Below, piece by piece: positions 13,655-25,100 of a stretch of DNA of 64,000 bases. This stretch comes from Chrysomallon squamiferum (Eukaryota; Animalia; Mollusca), in the NCBI GenBank assembly GCA_012295275.1, contig CM022665.1:47306001-47370000 (forward strand). The letters are read 5' to 3'. Numbering within the stretch: the stretch's first letter is position 1; each line of letters opens with the position of its first letter. The notes beneath the pieces were generated by a model. It ran no database searches, was not told where the DNA came from, and saw only the letters and a program-made list of their open reading frames with translations. The translations under genes were made by a program, and so were the position numbers.

Positions 13655-14885
13655 CTCGTAAGTAAACGTTGCTGTGGATGATACCATCCAATCCAGCGAC
13701 GACGTATTCAAGATTTAAAAAATAAAAAAAAAAAAAAAAAAAAAAAGAGAGAGAGAGAGAGGGAGAGAGAGAGAGAATTATATAATTAAAATAAAATAAA
13801 AATGGTGGATATTATTGCTATTCTCCATTATAACTCGCTTGTCGACAAACTGATAAATTATTAATAATAATAATAAATTTAAAAAAAAAAAAAAACAGGT
13901 GTACGGCGATTGGTTGTATAAGGAACACCCTCCCCATACCATTAATGTCTAACCAAACAGTTGAATAATAAAAAAAAAAAAAAAAAAGATAACAAATCTG
14001 ACAGGCAGTATTTATTACGAAATCAACATTTCTATCTATTTTTTTATCTGGGCGGTGCTTAGTAAGCCACGCCCTCTGTTATCATAATTATGTATTTGTT
14101 GATACAACGAGATAACTAAACTATTCGATGTTCTTTTATGGTAATAATAAAAATAATAAGAAGGAGGAGAGAATTTAAAAAAAAAAAAAAAAAAAACAAG
14201 AAGAAGAAGTACACCAACAACAACAACGACAATAACAGTAACACAACAACAACAACACTTCAATAACAATAGCAGTAATTTGAAATTATACTGTAAATCA
14301 AAAATAATTATTACGGTCATCTTATGTCGCGGTTTATTTGTACGAAAAATACTGCGTAGTCCTAAACAAGAGTTGTCTTTCGTGGAATGCTGATTGTTCA
14401 GGCCAACTATACGTGAAATGCGAACTGCCAGCTTTTGTACAGAAATGTAAAACGGGAAAGAGATAGTTCTTGCTATGACGAGAGATTCGTCTGTTTGTTT
14501 ATTTTCTTACTTATTTACTTAACTTAATTTTTATTTTATTTTATTTTAACTTATTTTTATTTATAATTTCTTTTTAATTTGGAAGATTGTATTAACAATT
14601 CTGACGTCTGGTCCTGTTACAATGAGCTTTTTAAAAAGCCAGTGTACGATTTATATATATATATGTTTGCATGTATAATAAATAACTATATAACTAACTG
14701 TAATTATAAGTATATATAAATATAAAACTAAATAAATAAATATATATACACCTATATTAAAAAGTGTATCTACACCATGTACAGCCTAACAGTGAAACAC
14801 ACCTAGTTGATGATCTACACCAAGCCGAGTTATTCGGCCGAACAAAAGAAGATAAAACAACATTGCACCCAGAAATACCACACTC

Positions 14886-14918
<33 letters not shown>

Positions 14919-15286
14919 CCACCCAGAAATACCCTGGCGATCCCAGAGATTGATCCGGACAGATGAACCTTGAATTGGACGTTGGCACGTAAAAAGAGTT
15001 TTCCATCCATCCACTCTGCCCAGACAGATGAACCGACATTTCTCTACTCTGTCACTGCCTCAGTTAACTGTGCAGTAAGCTTGCACTGAGCAAAATACAC
15101 AAGTGATGGAAGAAAGTGTGTTGTACAGCGAAACGTCATGTTTAATCTGTTTTTACTTTTCTTGGGTAAACCGGCACGCGGTTCGTACGACTTGTATTCG
15201 GTTGTAAAAAAAAAATCTCTTTCTTTCTGGCCCCACCCCCGGGCTTTTACTGTTAAAATATGTGGAAAAGCACGATTTGTTTTCTT

Positions 15287-15355
<69 letters not shown>

Positions 15356-15480
15356 ACATAAAGAAATTTAAACTGTTCTAGTGTATACAAAATGAAGTAG
15401 TATCTAATAAGTTATCGTACGCTGATACAACACTTAGAAATGACTTTGCTTTAAGGCTTTTAATTTTATTATTATTATTA

Positions 15481-15516
<36 letters not shown>

Positions 15517-15578
15517 TACTACTACTACTATTACGATTATTATTTGTATTATTATTACTATTACTATTATTATTATTA

Positions 15579-15615
<37 letters not shown>

Positions 15616-15638
15616 TCTTTTTCTGTCGTGTATGGGTG

Positions 15639-15669
<31 letters not shown>

Positions 15670-15840
15670 ACAAGTAGCAGATGACACAGAATAACGGTTT
15701 GTCACGTGATACTTACTCGTGCAGTTATAAAATAAATGTCAGGTTGACAAGGGGCGTGTTCCCGTGTTGCCCACCTGTATGCAGATAGGATGACTGTAAT
15801 CTAAAATACACAGATTACCTTATCTTACTGAAACAGCTGT

Positions 15841-15922
<82 letters not shown>

Positions 15923-16176
15923 AGTTGCAGCAGCAGCAGTAGAAATAACAGTAGAAGTTGATGTAGCAACAGAAGCATGAAAAATAAAATAACAATAAAA
16001 ATTTAAACGTTTCTCTTTTTTCTTTTTTTCTGAGACTCAGTCTTTGAGGCTCTTTTGCAAATATAAAGCTAATTCAGTCTAATACGTGCATAAGTACTTG
16101 TCCGTCACCATGCATACATGTACTATTAGTTTATTTAGCTGTAGAAAATGTAAACGAAAATAGTGATTCAAGTTTA

Positions 16177-16207
<31 letters not shown>

Positions 16208-16412
16208 ATTTTATTATTATTACTACTAATAGTGACTTTATTATATATATTTTTTTTTTTAGTGGGGATAGCGTTAATTCTTAGTTGTAACGTAATAGCA
16301 CTGGCTGGACACGCCTAACATTAATTTAATAATACTTTGTTAATAACACACGTGTAGGTGTACCTTATGGCTGAAGTTAATAATCAACCTATTGAACTGC
16401 ATGTAAATTTTA

Positions 16413-16452
<40 letters not shown>

Positions 16453-16512
16453 GTAGTAGTAGTAGTAGTAAGTAGTAGTAGTAGTATATAAACACATATA
16501 TAGTAATATGCA

Positions 16513-16564
<52 letters not shown>

Positions 16565-16674
16565 TAACTAACATAGATTTTATAATTATATACACATATA
16601 CACATATACTGATACACGTGACACTAGAAATGATTAACGACGATACCAGCTGAGCCGTAATCAATATCATGCAT

Positions 16675-16756
16675 GGTAGCGTGGCCGAGCGGTCTAAGGC
16701 GCTGGTTTAAGGCACCAGTCTCCTCGGAGGCGTGGGTTCGAATCCCACCGCTGCCA
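16675..16756 (+). tRNA. tRNA-Leu (anticodon AAG)
   Basis: GGTAGCGTGGCCGAGCGGTCTAAGGCGCTGGTTTAAGGCACCAGTCTCCTCGGAGGCGTGGGTTCGAATCCCACCGCTGCCA, 82 nt; anticodon stem CTGGT/ACCAG with loop TTAAGGC; long variable arm; A and B boxes; poly-T Pol III terminator just downstream. Confidence 0.97.
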
Positions 16757-16961
16757 CATGTATTTTTTTTTTTCTTTTTTCTTTTTTGTAGTTTTTTTCC
16801 CCTTAGCGATATACATTTTATATATAAAAATGTACCTTTGACTGTCCAAAGAAAAATACTAAAGGACAGAAGTTACTGTGACACTGTGTATTGTTTGGAG
16901 AAATAAAGTCGTGAGTGGATTTGTGGATGTGAACTGGATAAACATTATTATTTTATTATTA

Positions 16962-17697
16962 CAGTGGTACCTCGAGTTACGAGTTTTCCGAGTTACGAGC
17001 AACCGCCCGGTCGATTTTTTGCTTTATGTTGCGAGCCAAAATTCGAGTTACGAGCTAGTTGGCGCAACGAACAACACAACATCCGTCCAGCATCCCGCGT
17101 CTCATTTGTTTACTGCATGTGGTTACCTCGCCTCGGAAACATCTCTGTTGTATTGTGCTCGCGTTTTGTGCAGTATTTTGCAAAATTTCCATGGATCCTA
17201 AGAAAGTGAGTGCAAAGGACAGTGGTGAGAAGAAGAAGCGGATGATGTCCATTGAATTAAAGCATGAAATCACAGAAAAACATGAGCGAGGTGTGCATGT
17301 AGTCAACATGGTTAGGCAGCACGAGCGAAGTACTTTTACGATATTTACCATACTGAAGCAGAAGGAGTTGATAAAGGCTATAACTCCATCCAAAGGCGTT
17401 AAAATAATGTCTAAGCTGCGGACCTCTGACCATGAAAAGATGGAGAAACCCTAACCCTGTACACTTTACAAAACCAATTTACTTGTTTACATTCTCTCAT
17501 ATTATGTTTTTTATACAATATTTGTCATTTATACATACATTTATCTTATTTAAAAACACGTTACAAAACATTGGGGTGGAAAGGATTAATGGTATTTCAA
17601 ATAATTTCATTTGGGAAAATTGATTTGATATACGAGCAAATTTGAGTTACTACCTCGGTCACAGAACGAATTAAACTCGTAAGTCAAGGTACCACTG
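16962..17697 (+). mobile_element. Tigger/pogo-family DNA transposon, internally deleted non-autonomous copy (736 bp)
   Basis: 25-bp TIRs CAGTGGTACCTCGAGTTACGAGTTT / AAACTCGTAAGTCAAGGTACCACTG (23/25 match); TA target duplication at 16960-61 and 17698-99; inserted in an (ATT)n tract; carries the transposase N-terminus. Confidence 0.93.
17191..17454 (+). pseudogene. Truncated Tigger transposase (CENP-B-type N-terminal HTH only; no DDE domain)
   Basis: MDPKKVSAKDSGEKKKRMMSIELKHEITEKHERGVHVVNMVRQHERSTFTIFTILKQKELIK...HEKMEK*, the typical TIGD1-like N-terminus; stops after 87 aa. Confidence 0.85.
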
Positions 17698-17711
17698 TAT
17701 TATTATTATTA

Positions 17712-17759
<48 letters not shown>

Positions 17760-18777
17760 TTGGATTTGAAACAGAGCAGAGAATAATTATTTCTGGTTAT
17801 GAATTCATTAAATGTTTCCATTTGAAAGAAAAAAAAAACAAAGAAAGAACATTCTTTATATCTACAAGTTATTATTTTACTTGCGTGACATATATATAAA
17901 CAAAAACAAATTACGACAACTGAATAATATTGATACAATGAAAAAAAAACCAACGCAGCCATTTTACCACGTGATAACTGGAGCCGTGATGTCATGGTAT
18001 TTAGGGCGGACTGAAAGCTGTACTAAAAGAAAACACAGCAAATAATGACGTCACAACTACATGCTTATGAAAATAAAGGAGTCCAGATTTTGGATCGTTT
18101 TACTTTGTTTTTTTTATGTTGAAAAGGAACAAGAAAACTCGATTAAAACATAACTTGGAAGTCTGCAGGACGTTAAGATTATTTCCTCAAACCACCAAAC
18201 TTAGAGTTGTTGCTTACAATACGCGATTTTCTCAAGGAATATCGTAATTCATTTCGCCGAATGACGAAAAATAAAAAATTATAAAATAAATAAAATAAAT
18301 ATTAAAAAACATTCATTCACGTTGAGTCTTGAACACCAAATGCGATAAACAGCACAATTTACGCAATAATTTTTGGAAATCGAGTGCTATATATAGAATT
18401 TGACGTCAACACATTCAACGTAAGGTGATTTCTTTCGATCTGGATGTCGTCTTACAAAACAAGCTTTGTTCTTCATGTACAAAAAATATGAAATACTCTA
18501 AAACCTTCCCAGCTTACAAAGATTGTGGGGAGCAGAGCAATATTATGAAGCCGTGCCTCTTATAATAATCATTAATCTATAAATTATAATACGGCCCAAT
18601 ATCGCCAAAAATGTATTAACATTCGTGTCTGTTATGTCTGATTTTAATGGGAATAACTTAAGAGTTCGATTATGTATTAGTGAAATGTCTCAGAAAATGG
18701 CACGGCCAACACAGTAAAAACTGCGGCGTTGAAATGCTGCCGTCTGGTGTATTGCATCAACAAAAACAAAATCTATT

Positions 18778-18859
18778 TGGCAGCGGTGGGATTCGAACCC
18801 ACGCCTCCGAAGAGACTGGTGCCTTAAACCAGCGCCTTAGACCGCTCGGCCACGCTACC
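18778..18859 (-). tRNA. tRNA-Leu (anticodon AAG), second copy
   Basis: Reverse complement identical to 16675-16756 except one variable-arm base (TCTCTTCGGAGG vs TCTCCTCGGAGG); T-runs follow on the minus strand. Confidence 0.97.
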
Positions 18860-18883
18860 GGTGATAACAAGTATTTAAAGTTA

Positions 18884-18934
<51 letters not shown>

Positions 18935-19559
18935 TCAATAATTTTATACACGTTAGTGTTATAACATTCAGTTTTATAATGCTGCAGAGTAAATAAAATT
19001 ATTGTTGTCGTAGAGGTTTAAGAACAAGATGCGTTTTTATCTTTTGATGTCCTTACCTAGTTGTTTTTGTCAGTCTTCAAAAGATAAATAATTTTCTTGG
19101 CTATCCATAATCAAGCATAAATAAAAATATATATTATATATATAAATTTGTGGGTTATTATTATTTTTTGTTATTATTTACTTATTTATTTTTATTTATT
19201 TTTTATTTTTTCCATGAAGAATGAAGATTTATTTGAACTTTTAAAACGTATCCAAAGAACTCGTAACATATCCAAAGTAAAATGTCGTCAGTGTTCATAG
19301 AATTATTTATTTTAATCCAGATCCTGTTTTGTTTGCACCCCAAGAAGGCCCCTATTGGTAACTGGTTTCTGAAATTTGACCTAAATGTGTTATCCCCGCG
19401 CTGCGCGTTTGTCGTTTATTTATTATTTTGTAGTAAAATGAAAACATTCAGTTCCTTAGAAACACTGGATAATAAGTTTGACTTTTAATATTAATGAAAC
19501 ATTGCACAAATATATATTTATACTCCAGCGAAGAAAACTGTATCAATCAATTTACATCG

Positions 19560-19960
19560 TAACAAAGGAAGTAAACTAAATACTCTCCCTTGACAAAAAT
19601 CATATCTTTCGTCTTCCAGTCTCGATCAACCAGGATTGTTTTCCGTTTATAATCGACTATTTCCGTTGAGTTGCATTTTGGGAGTTAAACATCATAAAAA
19701 AAAGAAAAAAAAGAAGGGGGAATATTAAAGAAAGTCCGCCATTATACTATCAAATATATCGACTATAAATTCGGATATTACGAAAGGTAATATATAGTAA
19801 TTTGTTAATTACGAAAATAAAATGTTAAGAAGTAATTATACCATTTCTGTTGACATACGAATGGTAAACTGTCACATTTAAAGTGTAATAATGATAAGCA
19901 CTGCACAATATATTTTTATATCCGGAAGTGTCAATCATAGTAACTTCCTGTCTTGACGTG
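19560..19960 (+). promoter_or_regulatory. Possible housekeeping-type promoter of the 21589-27093 gene
   Basis: CCGCCATT (YY1-like, 19736-19743), TCCGGAAGTG (ETS, 19921-19930); candidate donors at 19787 and 20096; strong acceptor at 21493 before the ATG exon. Confidence 0.35.
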
Positions 19961-21244
19961 AATATTTCCAGTAATGATTTCGATATAAACATAAAACATT
20001 GTCTATAAATACGTTTTTTCTTGGAATGAGAGTTTTACTAAAACAGACAGAGGAATTATTTATTCCGAGAACCAAACACATTATTTGGAAAGACGGTAAG
20101 AATAAAGTGAAAATGTTATGACTCATGGACGTAGTCTGCCGAAACAAAATAAGTAAATTATGATAATCTGATAGGATGGAGCCAAGCTCATGAATTGAAC
20201 TAAGATGTAATTTATTTATTTATTTATTTATTTATTTTATTTTATTATTATTTATTTATTTATTTATTTTTTTTTTTTTATTTTTTTTTTTTTTGTGTGT
20301 GTGTATTCTAGTGCAGTTAACATTTATTATTTTCGATCGGCCGTATAATCATAGTTCTTTATGTATAGTTATTTTCACCATGTGATAAAGTTTTCTTGCC
20401 TGTATTTTTTTATTTATTTATTTATTTTTTTATTTACTTATTTATTTATTTATTGTACAATAATCGAAATTGAAATAAAATTATAACCCGTGGATAATGT
20501 AATAAAGAGTAACTTTTACTTAATACTCAAACTTTCATTGGTTTGAATAAGTTTTAAAAGAACATTATTGTAATAATTTAACTTCAATTAATAAATTAAC
20601 GAATAAACTAGCTGATGACTAAGTAACACACGTTTTAAAAAAAAATAGTTATATATCTGTAGATTGTTACCTAGCGGTAATAAGTATTCTATTTGATAAT
20701 TTCAGGTTTTGCATTATAAGTAAATTTTATATTCTTCGACTTGGAAAGGTGAAACGGCCTTTGCAGTTTTAATTTCGATTTAGAAAGCGTAAATATTTAT
20801 TCCTGGAAACAAAATTACATATAACTTTAAATTCGGATTATAACGCATCCAATCGTAGTTGCAGATGTTCATGAATTCTTATTAACCTCAAAAAAAAAAA
20901 AAAAAATAAATAAATAAATAAATAAATTTAAAATTTAAAAAAAAAATAAAATAAAATAAAAAAAATGAATTTTTAAAAAAATTACAAAAGAGAAATATAT
21001 AACATAATTACATTAATTTTTAAAATAGAAACTACAGGTTTCGTTGAATGTATAACAAGATGTAAAGAAAGGAAATGTGTCGATCCTGACAACTAATAAA
21101 AGACTCGTTTTCGACTTCTGCCGATCTGACGTAAAATGAACACGTCGAGCAATATCCAGACTTTGATTGTGTTTAGAATTCAAGTTCTTGGAAATAAAAT
21201 AATATAGATCTACGAAATTTTTATTTTTTTTTTTTATTTTTTTT

Positions 21245-21298
<54 letters not shown>

Positions 21299-21331
21299 TT
21301 GTTGTTGTTGTTGGTGGTGACCATTAAGTGA

Positions 21332-21376
<45 letters not shown>

Positions 21377-21588
21377 TAATTTTTTTTTATTTTAAGCGAC
21401 ACATATGCTAACAGCAGTATTATATTTTGTGACTGAAAATGTGACCGGGATGAATAATATATTTTTATTTATTTTGTCTTATTATTTTTTCAGAATGTTG
21501 TGAAATCTTTAACAAAAGATTTCTGAAGAATAAATTTTCTCACGAAGCAGTAAACACCAAAACGTCTATAAAAAAATAAAATAAAAAA

Positions 21589-22111
21589 ATGGATAGTGAC
21601 GTCACTGCCGTTAACGTGAGGCCGACCTCGGATTCGTTCCTTTCCTGTGGCTCGCAGACGGCGTTTCAGAAACAAAAACAAATCCGTCCTGAAGTAATAG
21701 TTAATGCTTCTCTAGATCTGGAGTGTTCTGAAATGGGGAACTCACAGGACAGAGAAAGTTCAGAATGTTCTGAAACAGGGAACTCACAGGACACAGAAAG
21801 TTCAGAATCTTCTCAGATGGGAAACCCACAGGATGGTAAGAAGTGTAAGGTTCAGAGTCTAGATAAAGATGAGTATCCAGGGCTGGATATGGAGTGTGTT
21901 GCTATAGATACTGACTCTTGTGACGCTCTGGAAGAGTGGGAGTCAGCATCTGGTAACCATAGTGAGAAAAACAAACAGGCTAACTACAGTTCCTGCATTT
22001 CCAAGAAAAACAGCGTTTTCTCTCCCAGTCAGCAGAAAAGTGTTCAGTGTGAGATGCAGGAGTGTGGACTCTTGTCTGTCAGAGATAAAACTGGTATGTT
22101 TAATTTACATG

Positions 22112-22169
<58 letters not shown>

Positions 22170-25100
22170 TTTATATACTCATGTAGTAATAATAATTTTA
22201 CATTTAATTTTTTATTACAACAGTTTTATAACAACTTTATTTATTTATTTATTTTATTTTATTTAATCATTTATTTATTTATTAGTTTATTTTTTATTAT
22301 TTTTTTTTTATTTTTTTTTTTATTTTATTTTTTAAAATAGTTATTTATTTTATTTTTATTTATCTTATTTTATTTCATTTCATTTGTTTAAAATACTCAT
22401 TTTATTTATGATTTATTAATTTATGTTTTATTTTATTATTATTTTAGAAACAAGAAATAAACTGCTATTGCCCATATGTAATTAGATGCTATTTGACATA
22501 TATGTGTGTGTGTGTGTATATTAAAAAAAAAAAATATAGTAAACTACTTAATAAATAAATAAATAAATAAATAAATAATAATTAATAATAATAATTGTTG
22601 TTGTTGTTGTTGTTGTTGTTGTTATTAACATTATTTGCAAATTATTATTTAAGAATTTCTGTAACATTTTAATTTTATATATTTTTCAGATGACCAAGCT
22701 CAAGTGAGACAAAAGACCTCATCGCTGGATGACAAAGTCACAGTTCCTCCCAAAATCTGCGAGATGTTTGTGAAAAGATGTGGCAAGAGTATCAAGATCA
22801 TAAACCACAAGTCACAAAGACAGATGGTCAGTCTGCTGTCCTCTCTCTGTTTCAAAAACAAGAACACACAGCACGGTGTAGACAGGCTCAAAATTGTGAC
22901 GGTCCAGCATAATGATTCAGCCAGTGGCACAGGCCTACTCCAACACATTAAACAGAGCAAGAACAGCTCAGAATCAGGGAAAACGGTTTCAAGGAGTTTC
23001 GTTCCAAACAGCAGTAGCACTGTACTGTATATAGTACCTAAGTCATCAGAAGACACTGTTAATCAGAATTCATTGATTTCAGTTATTCCTTCAAAGACTA
23101 CAAACAGCAGTGAGCCAGTAAGTAAAGGACTTAGTGATAGAGCATTGAATGTAAAATGTGTAAGAGCTGGACCAGGACCACTGAATGGTGGCAAATCTAG
23201 TTTTAGTAATTTCACTTCAGTCAGTGTTGGTGATCTGCACAATTCAAACTCAGTCAGAGCAGTTCAGAGTGCTCATAATGAGCCATCTGCTGATCAGAAC
23301 TCACATACTTGTTCTCAGAGTGCTCATAATGAGTCTTCTGCTGATCAGAACTCACATACTTGTTCTCAGAATGCTCATAATGAATCATCTGCTGATCAAA
23401 ATTCAGATACTTTTTCTCAGAGTGTAAATAATGAGTCATCTGCTGATCAAAATTCATATACTTTTTCTCAGAGTGCAAATAATGGGTCATCTGCTGATAA
23501 AAATTCATATGCTTGTTCTCAGAGTCCATATAATGAGTCATCTGTCCATCATAACTCACGTTCTTGTTCTGACACTCAAGCAAGTAAAACAGTGATTGCA
23601 GTTTTAGATTCTGGCAAACAACAAGACGGACCGTACAGAGAGTGTTCACGAATTGAGTGCGATGACGATGGACGCATGTTTTACGTGAGGCAGGGAAAGA
23701 GGACTTTTCTGAATGTGAGAAGACAAGACCTTTCAGTAAAATCCAAAATCTTGATAACAAATCTTCATCACAGAATCCAGGCGTTGGAACTGTGTTTGAA
23801 ATACTGTCCTGAGAGTGACAGAAAGAGACTGTCCAGATTCATCACGCAAGAAAGAAGTGGAACAAAAGCTCTGGAGATGCTGATGAACAAATGTAAAAAT
23901 GATTTTCAGTGCGTCATGGATGTTTCCAGCGACGATAAGAAAGTTGGATCAAAAAGGTCTGAACGAGGATTAACATTCTCAAAAGATAAAAACTACACTG
24001 AAACACAAAACACTGACATTTACACACACCAGAATATCAACGAACCACAAAAGACAGATGCTTCTTTACACGAAAACGACAACGGACATGATAATTCAGA
24101 AAAACCGTTAATTTTGACAATGTTTCTTTTGTGAACTTTGAGCAGGACGAAGATAAGGATGACGATTGTTTATCACTTAAAATAGAGTCAGTGTTTTCTC
24201 TGTCAGACACGTCAGTGTTCGTAGAGAATGAACAGAAATCTTGTAACAAGGAAAATCCTTCACAGCTTTCAGGCGATTCTCGAGATGGAGCTCAGGTTAC
24301 TGTCAGTTCTGACAGCAGTGATGTCTCAACAGGGTCACAGAATTCGGGCAAAAAATCTGTTAATAAAAACTCGAACGAAGCTGTGCAAGAAAGTGAAAGC
24401 AGAACTAAACTGAGAAGTGGCAGCAGTTCGAATACGAAATGCAAACGTTCGAGGAGCTCGTCGGTGCTGGAGCAGTGCTACGTCATGTTGGAGCGCGTTG
24501 TTCCAAAACAGGTGGAGAAGGCTTTAAAAGGCCAGTTTGAGAGCAGATGTTCTCCGTCTTGTCGCAGTATAACGTTACAGTTCATGTGCAGACTCGGGAT
24601 GACCGGGTGCGGGGGAAGGGGCAAAAGTCGGAGAATCAAACCGTACAGCGTGTTTCTCGACCACAGCTACGCGTTACCATCAACGCTGGTCCAGAAACGA
24701 AAGCGACCCGCCGCTGGCGAGTGTAGCAGCAGCAACGTGAAAGTTACAAAATACATCCATGATCTGAACGACGTCAACGTGGACGAAGACGACGGCTGTA
24801 AGAAGCTGACTAAGAGATACATCATCGGTCCAAAAAACAGAGTGAAGCTGGTCGGGAGCAAGTCGAAGACAGCCGACCAGGAAGTGAGAAAAGTTCTCAA
24901 GTTCACAAAAGTAGACCAAAGCAACGTTCTGGGCTGTTGTGTGTCGCCAGTGTCGTCCACGTCTTCGTCGTCGGCGGGGAAAGAAAGTGCGGAAAAGCCA
25001 GATGAAATGGATCACACGTACTTCACTAAACCTGCAGACAGTGCAGAGCCTGGTCAAGACGCCTCTTCAGTTCATAACGGGCAGTCAGAGGCAAATAGCG

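Noticed and set aside
16673-18951. ORFs beginning MVAWPSGLRRWFKAPVSSEAWVRIPPLP
   Set aside because: Translations of the two tRNA-Leu genes.
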